Positions 7,145 to 15,851 of a stretch of DNA of 64,000 bases are shown here, piece by piece (position 1 is the first letter of the stretch; each line of letters starts with the position of its first letter). A program made the translations under genes and the position numbers. Below the pieces are notes generated by a model, which saw nothing but the letters and a program-made list of their open reading frames with translations, was not told the origin of the DNA and ran no database searches. The stretch is from Phascolarctobacterium sp. (GTDB lineage: Bacteria; Bacillota; Negativicutes; Acidaminococcales; Acidaminococcaceae): the NCBI GenBank assembly GCA_003150755.1, contig QAMT01000023.1:85474-149473 (forward strand), written 5' to 3'.

Positions 7145-8701
7145 GTGAGCTACTTAAATGTCACCAATGTATCGCATTCCTTTGGCGGACGCCAGATTTT
7201 GGAAAACGTTTCTTTTAAGCTGATGCGCGGCGAGCATGTCGGTCTGGTCGGCGCCAACGGCGAAGGCAAATCGACCTTTTTGAATATTGTTACCGGCCAC
7301 ACGCTGCCGGATGAAGGCAAGGTAGAATGGCCCGGCAAAGTAACAGTCGGCTATCTTGACCAACAAAGCACATTAGAAAAGGGCATGACCATCCGCGAAG
7401 TGCTGCGCACCGCTTTTGACGGTATGTACAAAATGGAAGCGGAGATGCTGGAGCTGTACGAAAAGATGGGCGACGCTACTCCGGAAGAAATGGATAAAAT
7501 GATGGAAACCGTCGGCGAAATCCAGACGGAGCTGGAACACGGCGGCTTTTATTCGCTTGACAGCAAAATTGAAGAAACTGCAAATGGGCTGGGGCTTGGC
7601 AGCATCGGCCTTGACCGCGATGTTTCCGAACTCAGCGGCGGTCAGCGCAGCAAGGTGCTGCTGACAAAACTGCTTTTGCAGAACTCCTCCATTTTGCTTT
7701 TGGACGAACCTACCAACTATCTTGACGTTGAGCATATTGAATGGCTGACTAAATTTTTGCAGAACTACGAAAACGCATTTATTTTAATCAGCCACGATGT
7801 AAGCTTTTTGAACAAGGTCGTTAACGTTATTTACCATTTAGAAAACTGCGAACTGACGCGCTACACCGGCAATTATGATAAATTCCAGGAAATGTACGCC
7901 ATTTACAAATCGCAGAAGGAAGCAGCCTATGAGCGCCAGCAGCAGGAAGTTGCCAAGCTGGAAGACTTTATTGCCCGCAACAAAGCGCGCGTTGCTACCA
8001 CCAATATGGCTAAAAGCCGTCAGAAAAAACTAGACAAAATGGAAATGATAGAAAAACCTCGTGAAAAGCCGAAAGCGCACTTCCAGTTTAAAGAAGCACG
8101 CACGCCGAGCCGTTATCTGGCTGTGGCCGAAGATTTGGTGCTGGGCTATGACACGCCGCTGAACCGCCCGGTAAGCTTTAAAATTGAATGCGGGCAGAAA
8201 ATCGCCATCCGCGGTGTTAACGGTCTTGGCAAGACAACCCTGCTGAAAACGATTTTAGGCATTATCCCGCCCATCAGCGGCAGCATTGAACTGGGCCAGT
8301 TTTTGGAACCCGGCTATTTTGAACAGGAAGAACGCGACAAAAACGAAAACACCGCACTGGAAGATGTATGGAACGAGTACCCCGGCATGACTAACTACGA
8401 GGTGCGCGCTGCGCTGGCTGCCTGCGGGCTGACCAACGAACATATTACCAGCAAGGTATTTGTACTTAGCGGCGGCGAGGCTGCCAAAGTGCGCCTGTGC
8501 AAGCTGATGCTGAAAAACGTCAACTGGCTGGTGCTGGACGAACCGACCAATCACCTGGATGTTGACGCCAAAGCGGAACTAAAACGTGCCCTGATTGATT
8601 TTAAGGGCAGCGTGCTTCTGGTATCGCACGAGCCGGAATTTTACGAAGACTGGGTAACAGATGTATGGAACATTGAGGACTGGACAACAAAAATAATTTA
8701 A
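7145..8701 (+). CDS. ABC-F family ATPase (two ABC domains, no membrane domain)
   Basis: 518 aa. Two Walker A motifs (GANGEGKST, GVNGLGKTT), two signatures (LSGGQRSK, LSGGEAAK), short interdomain linker. GTG start with SD AGAGAGGA. Confidence 0.85.
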   Translation: MSYLNVTNVSHSFGGRQILENVSFKLMRGEHVGLVGANGEGKSTFLNIVTGHTLPDEGKVEWPGKVTVGYLDQQSTLEKGMTIREVLRTAFDGMYKMEAEMLELYEKMGDATPEEMDKMMETVGEIQTELEHGGFYSLDSKIEETANGLGLGSIGLDRDVSELSGGQRSKVLLTKLLLQNSSILLLDEPTNYLDVEHIEWLTKFLQNYENAFILISHDVSFLNKVVNVIYHLENCELTRYTGNYDKFQEMYAIYKSQKEAAYERQQQEVAKLEDFIARNKARVATTNMAKSRQKKLDKMEMIEKPREKPKAHFQFKEARTPSRYLAVAEDLVLGYDTPLNRPVSFKIECGQKIAIRGVNGLGKTTLLKTILGIIPPISGSIELGQFLEPGYFEQEERDKNENTALEDVWNEYPGMTNYEVRAALAACGLTNEHITSKVFVLSGGEAAKVRLCKLMLKNVNWLVLDEPTNHLDVDAKAELKRALIDFKGSVLLVSHEPEFYEDWVTDVWNIEDWTTKII

Positions 8702-8711
8702 AACAGGCATA

Positions 8712-8754
8712 AAAAAAGCAATGCAAACCAGTAATGGCTGCATTGCTTTTTTTA
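8712..8754. terminator. Bidirectional terminator between convergent genes
   Basis: agcaatgca-N13-tgcattgct flanked by an A-run and a T-run. Confidence 0.75.
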
Positions 8755-9201
8755 TCAGCGCATGTTTTCGATGAAGTCCTCAAAAGCATTGATTAAAATG
8801 GGATGGCCGGTTACTTTAAGGTCACGCAGGTATGTGCCGTAAGATTCATACCAGGTTTCAGCCAGTTCCATCGTCAGGCCTTCTTTTTTGTATTCTTCAA
8901 TCATTTTTAAAACAAAGCGGTTAGCTTCGCCGGTTTCTTTATTCACATTCAGCGGAATGATGCGGGTTTCAGGCTCGTAACTTTCAACAGTTACATCCCA
9001 GCCGCCGGGTACAGGCGGACGGCGTGTAGCTTTAATCATATAGCCTGGCGCAAAGCCGACATAAGCACCGCCAAGGAAATTGTAAAGTTTGGCTTTAGTC
9101 AGCGGATAGCCGTTGGCGTTGCCCCATTTTACAATCTCGTCGCAAACTTCGTTATTATGAATTACACTGGAAAATTCAGCCGTTGCCAAAACTTCGGACA
9201 T
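8755..9201 (-). CDS. Hypothetical cytoplasmic protein (no family recognised)
   Basis: The track ORF is trimmed to the second ATG (MSEVLATAEF...). The first ATG is itself part of the SD GGAGGT, which sits 7 nt upstream of the second. Confidence 0.5.
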   Translation of the reverse strand: MSEVLATAEFSSVIHNNEVCDEIVKWGNANGYPLTKAKLYNFLGGAYVGFAPGYMIKATRRPPVPGGWDVTVESYEPETRIIPLNVNKETGEANRFVLKMIEEYKKEGLTMELAETWYESYGTYLRDLKVTGHPILINAFEDFIENMR

Positions 9202-9280
9202 GGTAGTTACCTCCAAAATAAAATCTATACTTATTGTACTTTATGTCGTATAAAATTTCAAATCTTTTTGGCTGAATCCG

Positions 9281-9727
9281 TTAAATTTGACCCATATATT
9301 TTAAAATAACCTGGGCAATCAGCGCCGAGCCGATATAAGTGCCGATAAATACAAAGCACGAAATTACGGTAATGCGCCAGCCGCTTTTGGCAAAAGCGTC
9401 CAAATCCTTGCCGATGGCAATGCCTGCATAAGCAAGAATTGGCGTGCAAAGCTGTAAAAAGCCTACTTTTTTAACGTACTCGTCTACATATTCGCTGCCC
9501 GGCACGCCCGGATAAGAAAGCAGGCAAGCCAACGTTACAACATAAGCAACCGCAGGAATGTTGCCCGGTAAAAATTTAGCCATAGCAATGCCTGCAATTG
9601 CCATCAGCATCAGCATTACCAGTCCGGGGATGGATTCCACCACGCCGTAAGGGGTACCGATAACATTTGCCACCAGTGACATTGCACTAACGATAACCAA
9701 TACAATAAAAGTGTCCTTTAAACTCAT
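9281..9727 (-). CDS. Small integral membrane protein (4-5 predicted TM helices), probable partner of the DUF3100 protein
   Basis: 148 aa, hydrophobic throughout. 4-nt overlap with the upstream DUF3100-like gene. Confidence 0.5.
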   Translation of the reverse strand: MSLKDTFIVLVIVSAMSLVANVIGTPYGVVESIPGLVMLMLMAIAGIAMAKFLPGNIPAVAYVVTLACLLSYPGVPGSEYVDEYVKKVGFLQLCTPILAYAGIAIGKDLDAFAKSGWRITVISCFVFIGTYIGSALIAQVILKYMGQI

Positions 9728-10524
9728 TTCGCAGCATCCTCTCCGGTAGGTTCAACCCCATACTTAAATTTATAAATCTTTTTATACATCCATTCACTCA
9801 AAGGCAGCGCCATCCAGATGGACATATACACACCGTCCAGGCCGGACAGCATATTGCTTGCCGCGCCAAAAGCCGCTATCTGCTCAGCCATATCAGGGTA
9901 CATAACAGTCAGCGAGCCGACTGCCGCTGTCATCATACTTGCCGAGCCGACGCCCGCCGCCATGGCCAGCGCATACGGATGGATAGGCAGGTACGCCGCC
10001 GCAAAGCTTGCCAGTATGCCGAAGAAAATTGTACCGAAAACAGTACCGCTGATATAAACGCCCATAACGCCGCGCCCTTCGGCACTGTCCAGGCCATAAC
10101 GCTCACCGATAAGCGCTACATTAGGCTCGCGCGCGATAGAATGTGCCGCGCCGATAGCCTCGCGCTTCAAACCAAAATACATCGCAACCGGAATACCCAA
10201 AAGCACAGTGCCGATGTTGCCGAACTCCTGCAAAATCAGTGCAGGCGATGCCTTTAAAATCTCCGGCAGGGTCGGCCCTACAAGCGTACCGTAACGCGCC
10301 ATTAAAAGCATCAGCGTAATGCCGATAAGCGAACTGGCGTCCGACATATCCTTAAAATTAACGATTTTTAAAAATTTGGGCGCAGTAAAAATACCCATAA
10401 TAAGTGCGTACAGCATCGGCAGCAGCACAATCGTGCCCACGCCGATTTTGAAAGAAATATTGCCGATAAGCTCGGCAGCAATAACAAGCACAAGCACAAT
10501 GCCGTGCAGCTTAAAGTTAAACAC
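9724..10524 (-). CDS. DUF3100-like polytopic membrane protein
   Basis: 266 aa, about 8 hydrophobic segments. It sits directly downstream of an M20 amidohydrolase, an arrangement I associate with DUF3100. The family call is from memory and is not verified. Confidence 0.5.
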   Translation of the reverse strand: MFNFKLHGIVLVLVIAAELIGNISFKIGVGTIVLLPMLYALIMGIFTAPKFLKIVNFKDMSDASSLIGITLMLLMARYGTLVGPTLPEILKASPALILQEFGNIGTVLLGIPVAMYFGLKREAIGAAHSIAREPNVALIGERYGLDSAEGRGVMGVYISGTVFGTIFFGILASFAAAYLPIHPYALAMAAGVGSASMMTAAVGSLTVMYPDMAEQIAAFGAASNMLSGLDGVYMSIWMALPLSEWMYKKIYKFKYGVEPTGEDAAK

Positions 10525-10548
10525 ATTAACCCCTCCTTTTATTTAAAA

Positions 10549-11856
10549 TCAGCCGAAATAACTTTCAAGTTTGGCAATGTATTCGGCTTTAGTCATCAGC
10601 GGTTTATGCTCAGCCTTGATTTTTTTGCCAAGCTCTGCGCCGTCAGCCAGCAGGTCAATAATCGTCATGGCAAAAGCCTTGGCCGGCAGAATTACCGCAG
10701 CATCAAAATCAACAACATGGAAGCCTGCCGTATGCAAAAAGCCGTCCGTACCGCCGATAAACGGATGGATTACCGGCATCAGGTGCGATACGTCGCCCAT
10801 ATCGGTCGAAGCGTTGAAATGCCCTGCATCCCTGATATTAACCTGTGGGTTGACAATCCTGGCATTTGCGGCAAACAGCTTGTTCATTTCGTTGTTGCAC
10901 GCCAGCGGCAGCATGCCCGGCAGCGTATTGATGATAACCTGTGCGCCAATAGCGTCGCCGCCTGCTTTTAAAGCCGCGTCAACCTTTTTATGCGTTCTCT
11001 CGATTGCTTCCATCGTTTTGGCACGCACATAAGTTTCAATGCGCACATCAGACGGTACGTTGTTAACCAGGTCGCCGCCCTTGGTAATAATCGGGTGTAC
11101 GCGCACAACATCCTGCTCGCGGAAGGTTTCGCGCAGGGCGTTAATACCCATCAAGCCCAGCATGGCAGCGTTCAGCGCGTTAATGCCCTGGTCGGGCGCA
11201 TCGGCGGCATGGGCGGCCTTGCCGATATACTGAATGGTTTTGCCGATAAAACCGTTGCTGGTTTCGCCGATGGAAACGGTCGGCTCCGGCATATTTTTAT
11301 CGGCGTGCATCTGCATTGCCATGTCAATATCGTCAAAAGCGCCTTCATAAATAAGCTGGCCTTTGCCGCTTAAAAAGTGCAGCTTGCCTTCGTCAATCAG
11401 GCGCTTTCTGTATTCGATTTCGACATATTCTTCTGCCGGAACGCCGAAAAATACAGCGTCGCCGTTAAGGTACTGCGCCGCGCCTGAATTTACAATACCG
11501 CAGCATGCACCCAGCATAACGGCAATCTGCAAATTATGGCCGCATGCGTGGGCAGCGCCCGTTAGCGGGTCAGCCTTGCAGCTGTCCGGGCAGCTTATTG
11601 CGTCCAACTCGCCCAAAACAGCAACGGTCGGGCCTTCGCCTGCGCCTTTTACGCGCGCTTTAACGCCGGTAATGGCAAGCCCGGTCTGCGGGGTAAGACC
11701 CAGCCCTTCCATAAATTTCTGCACTTTGGCAGAGGTTTTTGTTTCTTTAAAGCCAAGTTCCGGTTCATTGGCAATATCGTCTGCAACAGCGGCAATCTGT
11801 TCGCGGTAAGCGTCGATTGCTTCGCACACCTTTTGTTTAAGCTCGTCTTTGTTCAT
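10549..11856 (-). CDS. M20-family amidohydrolase/peptidase (AbgB-like)
   Basis: AAHACGHN metal-binding block and dimerisation-domain layout. Start moved to the ATG at 11856 (MNKDELKQK), which has SD AGGAGAG 7 nt upstream. Confidence 0.8.
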   Translation of the reverse strand: MNKDELKQKVCEAIDAYREQIAAVADDIANEPELGFKETKTSAKVQKFMEGLGLTPQTGLAITGVKARVKGAGEGPTVAVLGELDAISCPDSCKADPLTGAAHACGHNLQIAVMLGACCGIVNSGAAQYLNGDAVFFGVPAEEYVEIEYRKRLIDEGKLHFLSGKGQLIYEGAFDDIDMAMQMHADKNMPEPTVSIGETSNGFIGKTIQYIGKAAHAADAPDQGINALNAAMLGLMGINALRETFREQDVVRVHPIITKGGDLVNNVPSDVRIETYVRAKTMEAIERTHKKVDAALKAGGDAIGAQVIINTLPGMLPLACNNEMNKLFAANARIVNPQVNIRDAGHFNASTDMGDVSHLMPVIHPFIGGTDGFLHTAGFHVVDFDAAVILPAKAFAMTIIDLLADGAELGKKIKAEHKPLMTKAEYIAKLESYFG

Positions 11857-12078
11857 TTTTGTTCTCTCCTTAATCACAACAATTGTAATATATGTAGAAA
11901 TTATACCATAAGTACCCCCAAAAAGGAATTACCCACAGTGTACTTTTGCATATTTTTGATTTTACTTATATCTTTTGTAAAGTTGTTTGCACTTAGGCTG
12001 TATGCTATGCTAAAATAAATTAGCAATAATTTGTAATATCGGCTAAATTACATAAAATATAACCCGAGGTGAAGAATA

Positions 12079-13470
12079 ATGAGCAGGCGCATGACTACTT
12101 CTGAAGCCATCAACGAAGCAAGGCGCTGTCTGAACTGTGCCCGTCCGCTGTGCAGGACAGGCTGCCCGATAGAAAATAATATTCCGCAGTTTATCCGCGC
12201 GTTAAGCGAAGGCAACATCGGGCTTGCCTACGAAATTATTTCCGAGCGCAGCAATCTGCCCGCTATCTGCGGCAGGGTTTGCCCGCACGAACGCCAGTGC
12301 GAGGCCCACTGCGTAATGGCCAAAAACAAACACGGCATCGAAATCGGCAGCCTGGAAATGTTTATTGCTGATTTTGCGCACGAAAACAATTTGAAACCGC
12401 TGCCGCCTTCTACCGGCAAACGCGGCAAAGTTGCAGTTATCGGCAGCGGCCCGGCAGGTTTAACCGTTGCAGGCGACCTTGCCAAAATGAATTTTGCCGT
12501 AACTATTTTTGAAGCGCAGTCCGAACCGGGCGGCATTTTGCTGTTCGGCATTCCGGAATTCCGTCTGAACAAAGATGTTGTACGCCGCGAAATTAAAGAG
12601 CTGCTGCACCTTGGCGTAGAGATTAAAACCAATGTGCTTATCGGACCGGATTACACCGTTGACGATTTGTTCGGCATGGGCTACGACGCTATCTTTATGG
12701 GCACCGGCACCTCGCTGCCGCGCACGCTGGATTTGCCCGGTAAAGAACTGACCGGTATTTTGACCGCTACTTACTTTTTGCGCATGGTTGTGCTATCCGA
12801 CAGCGGCAAGCTGGACGAAAGCGAAACGCTGCTGCACACCGGCGATAATGTTATCGTCATCGGCGCAGGCAACGTGGCTATGGACGCTGCCCGCACAGCA
12901 ATCCGCCGCGGCGCAAAAAATGTTACGGTTGTATATCATAAAACCGAAGCGGAAATTTCCTGCTTCCCGTCCGAATACGAAGCAGCCGTCAAGGAAGGCG
13001 TGCAGTTTAACTTTTTGCAGCAGCCGATTGCTTACCTTAACAAAAAGCAGATGCGCGCACTGAACGCCATGCGCCAGAAACCCAGCGAAAACGACGAAAC
13101 CGAACTGGCAGGCCTGTTGGTACAGAATATTGTTAAAACCGAGGACGGCCAGTTTATTGAAGAAGGCGGGCAGGAAGCCCTGCCGTGCGACTGCGTGATT
13201 TTAGCCATCGGCCAGCGCCCGGCCGCAAGGATTGTTTCTACCACCAAGGGCATCCAGGTTGACGACCGCGGCTTCGTTATCACGCGCGAGCGCCCCTACG
13301 GCATGACGACGCGCGCTGGCGTATTCAGCAGCGGCGACGTTGTACACGGCCCTGCTACCGTGGTACTGGCAATGAAGGAATCCAAAAAGGTTGCCGCAGG
13401 TATTGCGCAGTATATCGACGCCAAAAAGCTTTTGGCCGAATGTGAAGAAGTACCTGAAAACTTAAAATAA
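12079..13470 (+). CDS. GltD/NfnB/SudA-family NAD(P)H-dependent FAD/Fe-S oxidoreductase (glutamate synthase small-subunit-like)
   Basis: 463 aa. N-terminal Cys clusters (CLNCARPLCRTGCP; CGRVCPHERQCEAHC) and a dinucleotide fold VAVIGSGPAGL. No partner large subunit or NfnA gene lies adjacent. Confidence 0.8.
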   Translation: MSRRMTTSEAINEARRCLNCARPLCRTGCPIENNIPQFIRALSEGNIGLAYEIISERSNLPAICGRVCPHERQCEAHCVMAKNKHGIEIGSLEMFIADFAHENNLKPLPPSTGKRGKVAVIGSGPAGLTVAGDLAKMNFAVTIFEAQSEPGGILLFGIPEFRLNKDVVRREIKELLHLGVEIKTNVLIGPDYTVDDLFGMGYDAIFMGTGTSLPRTLDLPGKELTGILTATYFLRMVVLSDSGKLDESETLLHTGDNVIVIGAGNVAMDAARTAIRRGAKNVTVVYHKTEAEISCFPSEYEAAVKEGVQFNFLQQPIAYLNKKQMRALNAMRQKPSENDETELAGLLVQNIVKTEDGQFIEEGGQEALPCDCVILAIGQRPAARIVSTTKGIQVDDRGFVITRERPYGMTTRAGVFSSGDVVHGPATVVLAMKESKKVAAGIAQYIDAKKLLAECEEVPENLK

Positions 13471-13480
13471 GCAAAAAATA

Positions 13481-13520
13481 ACCACACTGAACTGCCTAAA
13501 CAGCCAGTGTGGTATTTTTA
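13481..13520. terminator. Bidirectional terminator between the convergent gltD-like and ade genes
   Basis: accacactg-N15-cagtgtggt with flanking A-run and T-run. Confidence 0.7.
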
Positions 13521-15239
13521 TGCCCATAAACCGGTCTGTGTAAATTTTTCTACATCCACAAGCCCTTTATCCGTAAGGCGCAGGCGCGGTATAACCGGCA
13601 GCGCCAAAAAGGACAGTACCATAAAAATGTTCAGCCCTTCTGGTACGCCAAGTTCGCCCGTCCAGTAATGCAGCTGCTTTAACTTGCGGTTGACGGCTTC
13701 CAGTTTTTCACCGCTCATCAGTCCGGCAAACGGCAGCGGCAAAATGGCTTTGATTTCACCGTCCAGCGCAATAGCTATGCCGCCTCCCTCTTTACGCAGG
13801 GCAGCAGCCGCCGTCAGCATGTCGGCATCGTTAGTGCCTGCCACAATCAGGTTGTGCGAATCGTGCGCCACGGTAGATGCCACAGCGCCGCGTTTTAAAT
13901 GCAGCCCCTGCACAAAGCCAAGTCCTACGTTGCCGGTGGCGTGATGGCGTTCAAACACCGCTAGCTTCAAAATATCGCGCGAGGTATCGCTCACTGCTTC
14001 GCCGTTAATGCACAGCGGCTTTTCTGTGCGCAGTTCCGTTAAAATCTGTTCCGGCACAACGCGGATAACTTTAATATTTTTATCCGGCTCAGCCGCTATT
14101 TTAAGCCTGCTGCTGTCAAGGTCCTTTATATCAGTTCCGGCAGCAGCTGATTTAAGGTATGGTTCGCTTTCCCACAGCAGCTTGCCGTTCTGCACAACTT
14201 TTATGCCGTTTTTAAATACAAACTGCGGCGTAAAATCCTGCAAATTGGTAAATACGTTAATATCTGCCAGATAACCCGGAGCCAACGCACCCCTGTGGTA
14301 CAGACGGAAACGCTCGGCCGTGTTCAGCGTCGCCATCTGCAAAAGCATTTCAGCCGGATAGCCGTGCGTAACGCCGATTTCCAGCATATAGTTGATGCTG
14401 CCCTGCGTTACCAGTTCGTCCAGATGGCGGTCGTCAGTCGACAGGCAGCAGCGGCGGCTGTTTAGCGGCGTAACGCATTTTAACAGCTCCAGCAGGTTAT
14501 GCGCGCCGCTTGCTTCACGCAGCATTAAATAACACCCGCGGCGGATTTTTTCCAGCCCTTCCGTCCACACGGTAGCCTCGTGGTCCGAGCTGACACCTGC
14601 CGCCAGATAAGCATTTAAATCATTGCCTGTTACGCCCGGTCCGTGACCGTCGCACAAACCGCCGCGCACCAGCGCCAGCTTTTTAAACACGCCCACATCA
14701 CCGGCCAGCACACCTGGGTAATTCATCATCTCGCCAAGTCCCAGCACACGCGGATGGCTTAAAAACGGCTGCAAGTCATCTGCTTCAAGCACTGCGCCGC
14801 TTGTTTCCATGCCCGTTGCTGGTACGCAGGAAGGCAGCATAAAAAATACGTCCAGCGGAATGCCTTCTGTTTCGTCAAGCATCCATTGCAGGCCTTCCGT
14901 ACCCAGCACGTTGGCAATTTCGTGCGGGTCGGCAAAAATGCCGGTAACGCCGTTTAACAAAAGCAGCTTGGCCAGCTCACGCGGAGCCAGCATCGTGCTT
15001 TCAATATGCATGTGCGCATCAAGAAACCCCGGCGTTAAATACTTGCCGGACATGTTGTATTCTTCTGCGCCCTTATAGCTGCCGATACCGGCAATCACGC
15101 CGCCGCACACGGCAATATCGGCAGTTTCCCATTCGCCCGTAAAGCTGTTGAACACCTTGCCGCCCTTTAAAACAAGGTCGGCATGTTCCAGCCCGCGGGC
15201 AACTTTTAGCAGCCTTTGTTCAAATTCTGCCTGTTCCAT
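13518..15239 (-). CDS. ade: Adenine deaminase
   Basis: 573 aa. Amidohydrolase HxH block (FLDAHMHIEST) and adenine-deaminase-like length and C-terminal domain. Confidence 0.9.
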   Translation of the reverse strand: MEQAEFEQRLLKVARGLEHADLVLKGGKVFNSFTGEWETADIAVCGGVIAGIGSYKGAEEYNMSGKYLTPGFLDAHMHIESTMLAPRELAKLLLLNGVTGIFADPHEIANVLGTEGLQWMLDETEGIPLDVFFMLPSCVPATGMETSGAVLEADDLQPFLSHPRVLGLGEMMNYPGVLAGDVGVFKKLALVRGGLCDGHGPGVTGNDLNAYLAAGVSSDHEATVWTEGLEKIRRGCYLMLREASGAHNLLELLKCVTPLNSRRCCLSTDDRHLDELVTQGSINYMLEIGVTHGYPAEMLLQMATLNTAERFRLYHRGALAPGYLADINVFTNLQDFTPQFVFKNGIKVVQNGKLLWESEPYLKSAAAGTDIKDLDSSRLKIAAEPDKNIKVIRVVPEQILTELRTEKPLCINGEAVSDTSRDILKLAVFERHHATGNVGLGFVQGLHLKRGAVASTVAHDSHNLIVAGTNDADMLTAAAALRKEGGGIAIALDGEIKAILPLPFAGLMSGEKLEAVNRKLKQLHYWTGELGVPEGLNIFMVLSFLALPVIPRLRLTDKGLVDVEKFTQTGLWA

Positions 15240-15243
15240 AATC

Positions 15244-15735
15244 TTACCTCATGTTGATAAACTGCAAATCTACGCCGAAATCTCCTGCTTTTAAAGTTTG
15301 GATTACGGCTTGCAAATCGTCTTTTTTAGCGCCGCTGACCCTTACCTGGTCGTCCTGCATCTGCGCATTAACCTTCAGCTTGGTTGCTTTAATAGCGGCG
15401 ATAATCGCTTTAGCCTTATCCTTGGGGATACCCTGCAAAATGTTCAAGGTCTGGCGCACCGTGCCTTTCGTAGCAGGTTCAACTTTGCCAAGCTCCAGGC
15501 AGCGCAGGGGAATGCCGCGTTTAGCCATGCGCGCACGCAGAATGTCGATAATTGCGTTCAGCTTATATTCATCCTCGGCAGCCAGCTTGATGCACTTTTC
15601 TTCCAGCTCGATGCTGGCGTTGCTGCCGCGGAAATCATAACGCTGCGCAATTTCCTTTTTAGTCTGGTTAACGGCGTTGTCCATCTCCTGCATATCCACC
15701 TGAGAAACAACGTCAAAAGAACTGTCTTTAGCCAT
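15244..15735 (-). CDS. yajQ: YajQ family (UPF0234) nucleotide-binding protein
   Basis: 163 aa. N-terminus [33 protein letters not shown] is typical of YajQ. Confidence 0.85.
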   Translation of the reverse strand: MAKDSSFDVVSQVDMQEMDNAVNQTKKEIAQRYDFRGSNASIELEEKCIKLAAEDEYKLNAIIDILRARMAKRGIPLRCLELGKVEPATKGTVRQTLNILQGIPKDKAKAIIAAIKATKLKVNAQMQDDQVRVSGAKKDDLQAVIQTLKAGDFGVDLQFINMR

Positions 15736-15789
15736 TTATATAATCACTCCATTCTTGTATTGTGGTTATATTGTAACATACATCCCATT

Positions 15790-15826
15790 AAACAACAAAC
15801 CCCGGCACTGTAAAGCACCGGGGTTC
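15790..15826 (-). terminator. Terminator after the glutamine synthetase gene
   Basis: On the minus strand, aaccccggtgc-tttaca-gtgccggggtt followed by TGTTGTTT. Confidence 0.6.
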
Positions 15827-15851
15827 AAACAGCCTTCCCTCATTTGGCCGC

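Noticed and set aside
7145-8701. ABC-F protein as a possible antibiotic-resistance (ARE) ribosomal-protection factor.
   Set aside because: The interdomain linker is short. The 5' UTR from the predicted promoter is only about 30 nt, with no leader peptide or attenuator of the kind usually found with inducible ARE ABC-F genes. It looks like a housekeeping paralogue. This cannot be excluded without phylogeny.
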